From Spirochaetia bacterium (GTDB lineage Bacteria; Spirochaetota; Spirochaetia; SZUA-6; Bin103): a stretch of 64,000 nucleotides of DNA. Positions 21,014 through 31,190 of this stretch are shown here, one piece after another. Position 1 is the first letter of the stretch. Each line of letters begins with the position of its first letter. The DNA is taken from positions 1,344,001 to 1,408,000 of the forward strand of contig CBDBOV010000006.1 in NCBI GenBank assembly GCA_965208575.1. The letters run 5' to 3'. The notes under the pieces are model-generated. The model was not told where the DNA came from and ran no database searches. It was given only the letters and a program-made list of their open reading frames with translations. The position numbers and the translations under genes are program-made.

Positions 21014-23368
21014 ATGCACAGTACGGTGAGTGCCATGGCGCTGGCACAGCGGCTCGGGGAGTTCGAACGCGACGGCTACACCGTGTTCCGCGGCTTCAAC
21101 GCCGACTGGATCGAGCGCTGGCGGCCGGTGTTCATGGATCACTACCGGCGCCACCTGGGCCAGGATCAGCACGGCCGCGGCGTCGGCCAGCCGCGCGCGG
21201 TGTTGCGCGGCCTGCTGCAGGAGTACCCCGACCTGTTCGTCCCCGCCCTGGTGGCACCGGCGATGCTCGATTTCCTGGAGCGGCTGATGGGCCCCACCGT
21301 GGGCTTCGACAGCCTGCAGATCGCCATCACGCCGCCGGTCAGCGAGCGCGAGGCGCGCAGCGTGCACGCCTGGCACCGCGACATGTGGGCGCTGACCGGG
21401 TGGACCGACGACTACCTGCCGCCCAACGCCGTGAACGTGCTCACCTACCTGCAGGAGGGACCGCGGTACGGCGAGCTGCGGGTGATCCCCGGTTCGCACC
21501 GCGGCAGCCGCGTGGTCGGCGACGGTGGCTCGACGCAATCCCAGAAGGGCGAGCAGGTGGTGCCGATGGCGGCCGGCGACACGGTGGTGATCCACTCGTC
21601 GCTGCTGCACACCACCTCCGGCAACTACAGCGGCGATCTGCGCATCTTCGCCAGCTTCTTCTACACGCGCGCCTGGCTGCCCAAGCGCGAGTCCTACGCC
21701 GGCGAGGCGATGCAGCGGGTGATCCGCACGGCGCGCCGGCAGGGCGACCGGCGCGTGGCGCGCCTGTTCGAGCCGGACGGGGAGCTGCTCGCGCGCCGCT
21801 TCAACGGCAACAACGGCGAGTACACGGAGCGCCAGCGGTGGCAGCAGTGGCTGGCCGAGGAGGGCCTCGAACGCGCGCGAGCGGCCTTCGCGCGGGAGGA
21901 GCAGGCGACCGACCACACCGTGGCCGGGCAGGATGCCGCGCCCACTCGGCCACATGCGCAGCAGCCAGCCGCGCCCACTGATCCCGCGGCGGCAGCCGAT
22001 GTGGTTGCCACGGACGACGCTGCCGAGAACACCGATGCGGCGCGGGAGAAGGCGTTGGGCGGGACGACTGGCGCGCAGGACGCTGCACCCGAGCGGCCAC
22101 GAGTGCCGCAGCCAGCCACGCGCACTGACCTTGCGGAGGCGGTCGATACGAGCGGCGGCGACCGCACTGCCGGGAACCCCGGCGCGGCTCGGACGGAGGC
22201 GCGGGACGCCGCGACGGCCGCGGATGACGCTGTGTCCCCGCGGGTGCAAGCGCCGCAACCAGCCGCTGACGATAACCCTTGGGCCACGGCCGATGCGGTG
22301 GCCGGAGACGGCGGACCCGGGCAAACCCGCCCAGCGCCCCGCCCAGCGGCCGGCTCGACGCCGTCGCCGGATGCACCGGCGGAAGCCGATTCCGCGGCGG
22401 CGCCGGTGCTGAACGCGTGTGCCGGACTCAGTGAGGGGCCGGCGTGGCATGCGGCCAGCGGCACCGCACGGGCCGCATCGAAGCGCGCCGGGGCGATAGC
22501 AGGACCGGTGCTGAATGCGCGTGCCGAGTTGGGCGAGGGGCCGGTGTGGGACGCAGCCGGCGACACCCTGTACTGGGTGGACCTGTTCGCCGGCGTGGTG
22601 CACAGCTACCGGGCCGCGTCCGGGCTTACCGGCAGCGTGGAGGTGGGCGAGATCGTCGGCTGCGTGGTGCCGCGCCGGAGCGGCGGCCTGCTGGCCGCCA
22701 CCGCCAGCGGCATCTATCACCTCGATCCCGACACCGGCGCCAAGACGCGCGTGTCCGCCATCGAGGCGGACCGTCCCGAGACCCACTTCAACGACGGCAA
22801 GGTGGATCCCGCCGGGCGCTTCTGGTTCGGCTCCATCGCCGTGGACCGCACCACCGACCTGCTCGGCGACCTGTACAGCCTGGAGCCCGACCTCACCGTT
22901 ACCCACCGGCTGCATGGCGTCGACAACACCAACGGCATGGACTGGAGCCCAGACGGGCGCACCATGTACTACATCGACTCGCTGACCCGGCAGGTCACCG
23001 CCTACGACTACGACGCCGCCACGGGCGCCATTGCCAACCCGCGCCCCATCGTGACCCTGCCGGAGGGCACCGGCGTACCGGACGGCATGACCGTGTCGGT
23101 GGACGGCTCGCTGTGGGTAGCGCATTGGGGCGGCGCCCGCGTCACCCGCTGGCACCCCGATACCGGCGCCCTGCTGCAGACCATCGCCGTGCCTGCCAAC
23201 CTCACCACCTCGTGCGCATTCGCCGGACCGGCACTGGACGACCTCTACATCACCACCGCCCGCTACCATGAGCCGATCGCGGCACTTGCCGCGCAGCCGC
23301 TCGCCGGCGGCCTGTTCCGCTACCGCACCGACACCCGCGGCCGCCCCGCGGCCGTGTTCCTCGGGTAA
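21014..23368 (+). CDS. Fusion of phytanoyl-CoA dioxygenase-like domain, Ala/Pro-rich linker and SMP-30/gluconolactonase domain
   Basis: 'AWHRD', 'VIPGSH', 'LLH' 2OG-Fe motifs; 'LGEGPVWD', 'FNDGKVDPAGR', 'NGMDWSPDG', 'PDGM'. Start uncertain (20960/21014/21035). Confidence 0.8.
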   Translation: MHSTVSAMALAQRLGEFERDGYTVFRGFNADWIERWRPVFMDHYRRHLGQDQHGRGVGQPRAVLRGLLQEYPDLFVPALVAPAMLDFLERLMGPTVGFDSLQIAITPPVSEREARSVHAWHRDMWALTGWTDDYLPPNAVNVLTYLQEGPRYGELRVIPGSHRGSRVVGDGGSTQSQKGEQVVPMAAGDTVVIHSSLLHTTSGNYSGDLRIFASFFYTRAWLPKRESYAGEAMQRVIRTARRQGDRRVARLFEPDGELLARRFNGNNGEYTERQRWQQWLAEEGLERARAAFAREEQATDHTVAGQDAAPTRPHAQQPAAPTDPAAAADVVATDDAAENTDAAREKALGGTTGAQDAAPERPRVPQPATRTDLAEAVDTSGGDRTAGNPGAARTEARDAATAADDAVSPRVQAPQPAADDNPWATADAVAGDGGPGQTRPAPRPAAGSTPSPDAPAEADSAAAPVLNACAGLSEGPAWHAASGTARAASKRAGAIAGPVLNARAELGEGPVWDAAGDTLYWVDLFAGVVHSYRAASGLTGSVEVGEIVGCVVPRRSGGLLAATASGIYHLDPDTGAKTRVSAIEADRPETHFNDGKVDPAGRFWFGSIAVDRTTDLLGDLYSLEPDLTVTHRLHGVDNTNGMDWSPDGRTMYYIDSLTRQVTAYDYDAATGAIANPRPIVTLPEGTGVPDGMTVSVDGSLWVAHWGGARVTRWHPDTGALLQTIAVPANLTTSCAFAGPALDDLYITTARYHEPIAALAAQPLAGGLFRYRTDTRGRPAAVFLG

Positions 23369-23372
23369 TCGC

Positions 23373-24014
23373 ATGGGCAACGCTGCCAACTCCCCGATCC
23401 GTACCGCCGTGGTGACCGGCGGGCACTTCTACGAGGTGGTCGACTTTCACCGCCTGTTCCGCGCGCTCGACGGCGTCGACGCGTATATCCAGCACATGGA
23501 CGACTTCACCCTGGCGCCGCGCGAGGAGCGCGACGGCTACGACGTGGTGCTGTTCTTCACCATGCTGCTGGAAGGGCCGAGCGGCGAACGCCTCCAGGCA
23601 CTGGAGCAGATCCGCACGGACCAGGGCGTGGTGGTGCTGCACCACTCCATCCTGGCGTTCCCGTTCTCGCCGTTCTGGCGGCGCTGGACCGACCTGCCGA
23701 ACCTCACCCACTCCGTGGACCCGCCCGAACCGATCACCACCGGGATCGCCGACCCGGACCATCCGATCACCGCCGGCCTCGCCGACTGGCGGATGACCGA
23801 CGAGATCTACCGCATGGGCGGACCGACCGCCGACAGTCACGTCCTGCTCCACGCCAGCCATCCGCACAGCATGGGCACGCTGGCGTGGGCGCGCGAGCCC
23901 GGCGGCCAGCGCGTGGTGTGCTACCAGGCGGGCCACGACCACCAGGCCTGGACCCACCCCTCATACCGCGCGTTCCTGACCCGTGCCATCGCGTGGTGCG
24001 CGCGGCGGATCTGA
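23373..24014 (+). CDS. ThuA-like domain protein
   Basis: 'VVTGGH', 'GVVVLHH', 'HPITAG', 'DEIY', 'QAGHD'. Confidence 0.85.
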   Translation: MGNAANSPIRTAVVTGGHFYEVVDFHRLFRALDGVDAYIQHMDDFTLAPREERDGYDVVLFFTMLLEGPSGERLQALEQIRTDQGVVVLHHSILAFPFSPFWRRWTDLPNLTHSVDPPEPITTGIADPDHPITAGLADWRMTDEIYRMGGPTADSHVLLHASHPHSMGTLAWAREPGGQRVVCYQAGHDHQAWTHPSYRAFLTRAIAWCARRI

Positions 24015-24086
24015 TCCGCCGCCGGCGGACAACCTGTAAGATAACGCGCCGTGAGGTAGTCACACGATTGCGAGGTGATGACGAGT

Positions 24087-24635
24087 ATGCGTTCCGCTGG
24101 TGCTGTTTTGCTGACCCTGTTCCTGCTTCCGGGCCTGACCGCCGCCGTGTGGGCCACCGACGAGGGATCGGACTCGACGGAGCCGGCCGTCGCGTGGCTG
24201 GCGACCGAGCTGACCGATGTCAGCACCGGCGAGACGTTCACGCTCGCCGAGTTCGCCGGTACCCCGGTGCTGCTGGAGAGCTTCGCGGTGTGGTGCCCGA
24301 TCTGCACCAACCAGCAGAAGCAGGTGCGCGCCCTGCACGAGGAGGTGGGCGACGAGGTGGTGTCGGTTGGCCTCAACACCGACCCCAACGAAGACCACGA
24401 CAAGGTCGTGGCCCACATCCAACGCCACGGATTCGACTGGCGCTACGCGGTCGCTCCGGCCGAGCTGATTCTGGCCCTCAAGGAGGAGTTCGGCATCGGC
24501 ATACTGAACGCCCCATCCGCCCCGATGGTGCTGATCTGCCCCGACCAGAACGTCCGTGAGATGCTGAAGCGCGGCGTGAAACGGGCGAACTTTCTGCAGG
24601 AGCAGGTCGCCGCCTGCGCGGCGCCGGCCACCTGA
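24087..24635 (+). CDS. Exported thioredoxin-like/redoxin protein
   Basis: Signal peptide and 'WCPIC' motif. Confidence 0.85.
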   Translation: MRSAGAVLLTLFLLPGLTAAVWATDEGSDSTEPAVAWLATELTDVSTGETFTLAEFAGTPVLLESFAVWCPICTNQQKQVRALHEEVGDEVVSVGLNTDPNEDHDKVVAHIQRHGFDWRYAVAPAELILALKEEFGIGILNAPSAPMVLICPDQNVREMLKRGVKRANFLQEQVAACAAPAT

Positions 24636-24651
24636 TCGATCGGCGGTTGCT

Positions 24652-25341
24652 TTGTTCGCCAATTTTGCCGCCAGCTACCTGCTCGGACTTGCCACGCCGC
24701 TGACCGCGGTGTGTGTCCTGCCGCTGTACCCCGGCTTCATCGCCTTCCTGTCCAACCAGCGGCAGGAGGGGGACAGCCGCCCGCCCCTGCTGCTCGGGCT
24801 GGCGGTGGTGGCCGGCGTGGTCGCCTGCATGGTGGCGATCGGGCTGGTGTTCTCGACCCTGCTGGAGTTGTCGCTGACCGGCGTGGCCGGCATCGCCTCG
24901 CCGATCGCGTTCGCGCTGCTGGCGGTGATCGGCGTCCTGCTGCTGCTCGATACCGACTTCAGCCGCCTGTTTCCGGTGGTGCGGGCGCCGAGCACCAGCC
25001 GCCCGCTGGCGGCCGCGTTCGGCTACGGCGCCTTCTTCGCGTTCATCATCCTGCCCTGCAACCCCGGCTTCATCGGCGCCTTCTTCTCCAAGCAACTGGC
25101 GCTGTCGATCGGCGACTTCGGCCTCAACGTGCTCAACTCGGTAATCTTCGCGCTCGGCATCGGCACCCCGCTGCTGGTGCTGGCGCTGGCGGGCGCCGCG
25201 TTCGGCAGAAACATCATCCGCTTCCTGACCCGCCACAAGTCACCGATCAACCGCATCGCCGGCGCCGCCATGGTGGGCATCTCCCTGTACTACCTGATCG
25301 CCGTGTTCCAGGTCCCGCAGCGCCTGCTCGGCGGCGCCTAG
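24652..25341 (+). CDS. CcdA-like cytochrome c biogenesis membrane protein
   Basis: 'CVLPLYPG' and 'LPCNPG' cysteines; hydrophobic; next to the redoxin. Confidence 0.85.
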   Translation: MFANFAASYLLGLATPLTAVCVLPLYPGFIAFLSNQRQEGDSRPPLLLGLAVVAGVVACMVAIGLVFSTLLELSLTGVAGIASPIAFALLAVIGVLLLLDTDFSRLFPVVRAPSTSRPLAAAFGYGAFFAFIILPCNPGFIGAFFSKQLALSIGDFGLNVLNSVIFALGIGTPLLVLALAGAAFGRNIIRFLTRHKSPINRIAGAAMVGISLYYLIAVFQVPQRLLGGA

Positions 25342-25384
25342 CAGCTAAGCTAAGTAGGAGCCGGCGCACCACCCCAGTGCTGCG

Positions 25385-26446
25385 CTAATACTCAAGGATC
25401 GCCCGGCCCATCACTTCCCCCGCAAGAAGCGCGTCGCAGGCATCGTTGATCTGCTCCAGGCGGTAGCGGTCGGTCACCAGCTTGTCGAGCGGAAACTTGC
25501 CGTCCGCGTAGAGCCGCAGGAACATCGGGAAGTCGCAGTCGACGTCGCTGGCGCCGTGGCTGCCGGTGTAGGTGCGCTGGAACGGCATGACCAACATCGG
25601 GTTGAGCGTCATCTCGCGCTCCGCCGGTACGCCAACCAGAACAGCCGTGCCGCCCTGGCTGGAGGGACCCACCCATCCCGGCCGCGTGGCTTGCAGGATC
25701 TGCTCGGTGGTCGCCCGCACACCGATGGTGTCGAAAGCGTAATCGACGCCGCCGCCGGTGAGCTCCTGAATGGCCGCCACCGGATCTTCCCGCTTGGCGT
25801 TGATGAGGTGGGTGGCGCCGAACTGGCGGGCCGTGTCCAGCTTGTCGTCGCGCAGGTCGACCGCGATGACCGGGTGGGCGTGCAGCATCGAGGCCATCCA
25901 GACGGCCGACAGCCCCACGCCGCCGGTGCCGACAACCGCCACCGAGTCGCCGGGCCGCACGTTGGCGGTGCGTTGGACCGCGCCGGCGCCGGTCAGCACC
26001 GCGCAGCCGATGATGCAGCTGATGTCGGTGGGGGCTTCGGCGGCGATCCCGACGACATGCTCACCCTCGGTGACAACGTGCTCACTCCAGGTGTGCACGC
26101 CATGCTGGGCAAACAACTCCGTCCCCCGGTACGTTGCGCCGAGCGGACCGCGATCCTGCATGGTCAGGTCCGGGTGCCGCCGCACCCAGGTGACGATGGC
26201 GTTGTCGCCCTCCTTGACGTGGGTCACGTTCGCGCCCACTTCCATAACCACGCCGGTGCCCTCGTGGCCGAGCACCATCGGCAGCGGTTCCCCGAGCGAT
26301 CCGTTCAGTTCATGGAGCTGGGAATGGCACACGCCACTGGAAATCAGCTTCACGGCAACGTCGTCGGGTCCGACATCGGGCAACTCCACCTCGTCGATGA
26401 CGAGTGGCTCGTTGTAGGCGGTCAGTACCGCGGCTCGGGTCTTCAT
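25385..26446 (-). CDS. Zinc-binding alcohol dehydrogenase
   Basis: 'GVCHSQ', 'LGHEGTG', 'GCAVLTG', 'GTGGVG'. Confidence 0.92.
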   Translation of the reverse strand: MKTRAAVLTAYNEPLVIDEVELPDVGPDDVAVKLISSGVCHSQLHELNGSLGEPLPMVLGHEGTGVVMEVGANVTHVKEGDNAIVTWVRRHPDLTMQDRGPLGATYRGTELFAQHGVHTWSEHVVTEGEHVVGIAAEAPTDISCIIGCAVLTGAGAVQRTANVRPGDSVAVVGTGGVGLSAVWMASMLHAHPVIAVDLRDDKLDTARQFGATHLINAKREDPVAAIQELTGGGVDYAFDTIGVRATTEQILQATRPGWVGPSSQGGTAVLVGVPAEREMTLNPMLVMPFQRTYTGSHGASDVDCDFPMFLRLYADGKFPLDKLVTDRYRLEQINDACDALLAGEVMGRAILEY

Positions 26447-26519
26447 GGCGTGGCCACTGTGCCACACACGCACCGGCAAGCCAACCCGCTGTCAGCGCCG
26501 CGGCGCACCGCAGCGGCAT

Positions 26520-27266
26520 CTATATGGTGCGGCCGCCGTCGACTACGAGGCTGGCGCCGGTGATGAAGTCGCTGCGCAACAGGCCCACGATGGCGGTGGC
26601 CACGTCGTCCGCGGAGGCGGCGCGGCCCATCGGGGTGGACTCGCGGTTGCTGCGGGCGTGCTCCTCGCTCACGGTGGCGATCCAGCGCGTCTCCACCAGG
26701 CCGGGCACCACGCAGTTGACCTGCACCTCCGGCGCCTGGCTGTGCGCCATGCCGCGGGTCAGGTTCATCACCGCCGCCTTGCTCGCGGAGTAGATCAGCG
26801 AGCTGCCGAGCCCGTTCAGCCCGGCGATCGAGCCCACGTTCACGATATGGCCGCCGCCGCCGCGCTTCATCTCCGGGATGGCGGCGCGCGAGCAGTAGAA
26901 CGGGCCCTGGAAGTTGACCCCGAACAGCTCCGCGAAGTCCTCGTCGCGGACGCCTTCCAGGTCGGGCGGCGGCACCGCCCGCGTGCGCCCCGCATTGTTG
27001 ACCAGGAAGTCGAGGCGCCCGAATCCGGCCACCGTGGCCGCCACCATGGCGCGCACCTGCGCGTCGTCGGCAACGTCCGCCTGCACCGCCAGTGCGCGCC
27101 CACCGCCGGCACGGATTTCCGCCGCGGTGTCTTCCGCCTCCTGCCGGGAGCGCGAGTAGTTGACCGCCACCGCCGCCCCCTGTGCGGCGAGCTGCAGCGC
27201 GGTGGCGCGCCCGATGCCGGTGCCGCCCCCGGTGATCAGCGCCACCCTGCCGTCGAAGTCTCCCAT
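26520..27266 (-). CDS. SDR family oxidoreductase
   Basis: 'TGGGTGIG', 'NNAG', 'YSASK'. Confidence 0.93.
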   Translation of the reverse strand: MGDFDGRVALITGGGTGIGRATALQLAAQGAAVAVNYSRSRQEAEDTAAEIRAGGGRALAVQADVADDAQVRAMVAATVAGFGRLDFLVNNAGRTRAVPPPDLEGVRDEDFAELFGVNFQGPFYCSRAAIPEMKRGGGGHIVNVGSIAGLNGLGSSLIYSASKAAVMNLTRGMAHSQAPEVQVNCVVPGLVETRWIATVSEEHARSNRESTPMGRAASADDVATAIVGLLRSDFITGASLVVDGGRTI

Positions 27267-27529
27267 CCAGTGCCTCCTTTCCAACCGGCGCCGAGCTTAC
27301 GGCGCGCCACCGGCTCCACGCAACCCGCGCCCGCGACTACAGCCGGTCAGCACGTACTCGCCGGACGTCCGGCGCTACGGCGGTGCGGTGCCAGTCGACG
27401 TGTGGGGCACGTGACCGCCGTCATCCTCCCTGTTTGGGCCGTTCGTCAGTCAGGCGTCTCCTCCGCATCGCCGTGAGATTGGGTGGTTCAGATCCTTCTT
27501 CGTTGAACCGCACCGATGCCAGCGCCCCC

Positions 27530-29317
27530 TCACTTGCGCACGGCGTCGCAGAACACCAGATCCCAGCCGTGAAACACCACGATCAGGCCGATGAAACGCA
27601 CCGCCGGGAATTGCCGCGCCAGCCGTTCGTCCGCCAGATACCGCCTGAGCTGCGCCGTCGCCTCTCCGACCGCCGCCGCCACGCCGGCGTCGTCCGCCGA
27701 CTCGCTACGCGGCGCGCGCTCGGAACGCTGCAAGCGCCTGCGGCGATCAAGGTACTTGAGTTCGATCAGATAGCCGCGCCGCAGGTGTGGATAGCGAGCC
27801 ACCAGCGGCTCCAGCGCGATATCCGCATGGCCCTTGCCCAGTTCCGCCTCCGACCGGAACACGTAGTAGTCGGCCACGCTCAGGTACGCCGCCAGAAAGC
27901 CCTGTATCACCTTCTCGCCGGCGATGTAGTCGCGGATTCCCGTCTGCCGCGCGATCGCCTCGCTCAGGAACTCCAGCACGGGCCGCCATTCGCCCTCGGT
28001 CGCCATCCGAAGCATCAACTGCTCGAACCGGAACAGGTCGACCGAAAACACCTCCACGTCGCGGTAGGCATCGCGCAGGTAGCCGTACATCAGCCGCTTC
28101 ACGGTCTGGTTCGGGATCCCCAGCCGCGGTATCACTCCCTGCACGTCACGGATGCTCAGCAGACCGAAGTAGTGCATCAGGGACAGGAAGTTCTCCCGCT
28201 TGGTGAGGTCCTTCAGCGGAAAGCCGGGCTGGATGCGGGTGTCCACCTGCTCCTCGCCGATTACATTGCGCAGCAGGTCGAAGTTGCCGTTGAGCTGCCG
28301 GCCGGTCACCAGCAGGTGGCGCAGCTTGCCGTAGTCGATGCGCACGTTGGTGTCGATCAGGTATTCCGGTACCTCTCGGTTCGGAATCGAATGCTTCAGG
28401 TAGTAGAGCACCATGTCGGTGTTGTACAGGTCGGTCTCGGCTGCTTTGGCGAACCGGTAGCCGTTGTACCACTCGCCCATGATCCTCATGGCGGTGTCGA
28501 AGTCCTGGCTGAGCACCCCCAGCTCCCGGTAGGTCTCGACCAAGCGCCGCACCTCCGCCTCGGTGAAGCCGACCATCTCGTTGAAGTCCGGTTCCAGGCT
28601 GATGTTGGTGCCGATGTTGAAGCCGCTGGTGACGTCGTCCATGGTGATCGGCGACACCCCGGTGATGAACAGCCGTTCCAGGCCGCCTCCGCTGCGGTCC
28701 GCGCCGGACTTCAGGGTGGCGAAGAAGTTGCGGTAGAAGCCGCCGCCGTGGGTGAAGGAGTGGTACGCCTCGGCGCCGTGGTACGCGAGCACCGTGTTGG
28801 CGAAGTTGTCGTACTCGTCGATCAGCACGTACAGCGGGATGTCATGGTCGCCCGCGTACCGGAACAACATGCTCAGCCTGGTGGCGATGGAGGGCGGCGC
28901 CAGGATGCGCTGCCGCGCCGCCTCGGGAAACAGGTCGGGATGGCGCTCCAGCGTTCCCTCAAGTTCGATCAGGCAGTAGGCCTCGAACTCCCGCTCCAGG
29001 GTTTCCAGCTTGTCGTTGACCGCCGAGAAGTTGAAGCGCAGGGTGACGTAGCGGCTCTGTTCCCCGGTCGGGTTGCGCCCGATGTCGGTGCCGGCAAAGG
29101 AGGCGTCGAAGTCGCCGGCCCAGAAGCGGTCGTAGTAGTTTTCCAGCAGCGACACCCACAGCGACTTGCCGAACCGCCGCGGACGGATCAGGAAGGCGTA
29201 GTGCTCCTCCTCTAGGCGGCGCAGGAAGCGGGTCTTGTCCACGTACAGCCACCGGCGCAGACGGATGCGCCGGAAGTCGGCCTGACCGTAGGGAATGTGC
29301 GGGTAGGCGGGGGGCAT
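27530..29317 (-). CDS. AAA-ATPase-like protein with C-terminal PD-(D/E)XK nuclease
   Basis: 'YVDKT', 'RPRRFGKS', 'LIDEYD', 'FITGV', 'ADIAL...IELK'. Confidence 0.9.
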   Translation of the reverse strand: MPPAYPHIPYGQADFRRIRLRRWLYVDKTRFLRRLEEEHYAFLIRPRRFGKSLWVSLLENYYDRFWAGDFDASFAGTDIGRNPTGEQSRYVTLRFNFSAVNDKLETLEREFEAYCLIELEGTLERHPDLFPEAARQRILAPPSIATRLSMLFRYAGDHDIPLYVLIDEYDNFANTVLAYHGAEAYHSFTHGGGFYRNFFATLKSGADRSGGGLERLFITGVSPITMDDVTSGFNIGTNISLEPDFNEMVGFTEAEVRRLVETYRELGVLSQDFDTAMRIMGEWYNGYRFAKAAETDLYNTDMVLYYLKHSIPNREVPEYLIDTNVRIDYGKLRHLLVTGRQLNGNFDLLRNVIGEEQVDTRIQPGFPLKDLTKRENFLSLMHYFGLLSIRDVQGVIPRLGIPNQTVKRLMYGYLRDAYRDVEVFSVDLFRFEQLMLRMATEGEWRPVLEFLSEAIARQTGIRDYIAGEKVIQGFLAAYLSVADYYVFRSEAELGKGHADIALEPLVARYPHLRRGYLIELKYLDRRRRLQRSERAPRSESADDAGVAAAVGEATAQLRRYLADERLARQFPAVRFIGLIVVFHGWDLVFCDAVRK

Positions 29318-29485
29318 GTTCAATACCGTAGCCTGAGCACTGACTCTATCGTTCCGAGAAGCGAAAGGCAATTGACGTTACTGCCAGAACTGCCAGTGCC
29401 ACCTCGGAGGCGCGGCGTGGCGCTACTGTAGCCGCCTGCTCAACGATCAACAGCGTGGGGATGAACAGCAGCAGTCGCCGGACCG

Positions 29486-29847
29486 ACGAGGAGGCGTGGC
29501 CGCAGTTGCTGCTGCAGGCGTACCTGCAGCGGGTGGTGAACGGCGGCGGCCGCATCGAGCGGGAGTACGCGCTCGGGAGCGGGCGGGTGGACCTGCTGAT
29601 CGTGTGGCCGCTGGCCGACCGGGTGCCGGAGTTCCTGGTGGAGTGCAAGGTGGTGCGCGCGCACGACGGGCTGGACAGCGTGGTGGACGAGGGCGTGCAG
29701 CAGACCGCGCGCTACGTGGACCGCTGCGCGGCGGAGGCGGGGCACCTGGTCGTGATCGACCGGCGCGAAAACCGGAGCTGGGAGGAGAAGGTATTTCACC
29801 TCCGGCGCGACGGCGGTGCGGTCCCGGTCGACGTGTGGGGCATGTGA
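29486..29847 (+). pseudogene. 3' fragment of the AAA gene at 43576..45048
   Basis: Near-identical to ~44687..45048 ('EEAWPQLLLQAYLQR...VDVWGM'). Confidence 0.85.
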
Positions 29848-29977
29848 CCGCCGTGAGGAGCTGAGCTTCACACGCTTGCGCCCGCGCCTCCGCGCCCCAC
29901 CAATGGCGTGCTGTCATAGGCAGCATGAAGTGTTATCATGACGCAGCACACCAGACAACGGGAGGCGAGGTGCACTG

Positions 29978-30226
29978 ATGGTACGAACCCAGATCCAGTT
30001 GCCTGAAGAACTGGCTCAAAGAATCCGCGAAGTGGCGGACCACCAGCATACGTCCATGGCAGAGGTGATCAGACGCGCCGTCTCTGTCTTCTTCGAGACA
30101 TCTCCCCAGGTCGACCGGAAAGCACGCTACGAGCGCGCAGCCGCTGCTGCAGGCGCGTTCAGCTCCGGACGCTCGGATCTTTCGCGCTGCCATGATCGCC
30201 ACTTCGCTGAAGCATCCGAAGCATGA
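29978..30226 (+). CDS. CopG/ribbon-helix-helix antitoxin
   Basis: 'MVRTQIQL...SMAEVIRRAV...SDLSRCHD'. Confidence 0.85.
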   Translation: MVRTQIQLPEELAQRIREVADHQHTSMAEVIRRAVSVFFETSPQVDRKARYERAAAAAGAFSSGRSDLSRCHDRHFAEASEA

Positions 30227-30339
30227 CCTGCTTCGTGGACACGTCGGCGCTGCTCGCCGTGATGGACAAGGACGACGCCGTCCACGAAGAAGCAAAGGCA
30301 CTGTGGGAGCGGCTCACCGCGCAACAAGCCACCCTGTTT
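30223..30339 (+). pseudogene. Truncated VapC/PIN toxin
   Basis: 'MTCFVDTSALLAVMDKDDAVHEEA' cut by an AAA-gene fragment at 30340. Confidence 0.75.
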
Positions 30340-30584
30340 ATGTCGTCACGGCGCATCAGGCGCCTGTGATACACTTCGCACCGTAGCGCCGGACAAACCG
30401 GCCGTCGCCAAGCGAGGATCGCATCCAGGCGTTCGTTCAACACCGCGGGTCCCGTCAATCCGACCGATCACTACCTGATCGCGCCGCTGTCGAGGATCGA
30501 CCTCGACGACGTGCTCGGCCTGGTGAGGTATTCCACCTCCGGCGCGACGGCGGTGCGGTCCCGGTCGACGTGTGGGGCATGTGA
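30340..30584 (+). pseudogene. Mini AAA gene: leader/5' end joined to the 3' end
   Basis: 30340-30525 matches ~43405-43590; 30526-30584 matches ~44990-45048. Confidence 0.85.
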
Positions 30585-31190
30585 AGCGATCCGCGAATCT
30601 CTGCCGATCACCCCTATTGCCTCACGTAAAAATCTAACCTTACGGTGAGCGTGCCTCACGTAAGAATCTAACCGAAAGGGAGGCGGAGAACGAGGGGGGA
30701 GCGCGAGGGGGGAGACTCATAAATTGTGGATAAGTGGATAGGCTGCTGGGCGACCGGCCGGGTTGATTCAAGCACACCAACGCGACCGGGGGCGTATCTG
30801 GTTGGTCGGCGCGGATGAGGAGGCGTCAACGGCAGGGAGGTGGTCGGTGCCGTGTCGTGTCGCTGACCGAAGAGGGGGCGGACGGGTCTGGAGGCGACTT
30901 CGGTGCTGGTGACACGGGGATGTCCAGACACCACCTCGTGTCGCGGAGAGGCCTTACAGCGCGGCTGAGGCGACATTTCTTGACGCCGACCGTCTGGCTC
31001 ACGGATATACGGGCGTCAGAGACGCTCAGAAGTCATTTGCCGAGCCGGGTGATGCCGCCCACGCCGCGAGCGGCGCGCAGGTTGCTGCGGAGCGCACGGA
31101 GCGAGGCGCCCCGGACAACTGCACCGAGGTGCGTTGCCCGGGGCAGGGTCATGACAATTCCCCACCGCCGGGACGGGGTAGGCGACGAGG

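Noticed and set aside
18872-23389. 1505-aa minus-strand ORF
   Set aside because: Mostly the antisense shadow of the cobB and dioxygenase-fusion genes; only the last 337 aa look like a real protein.
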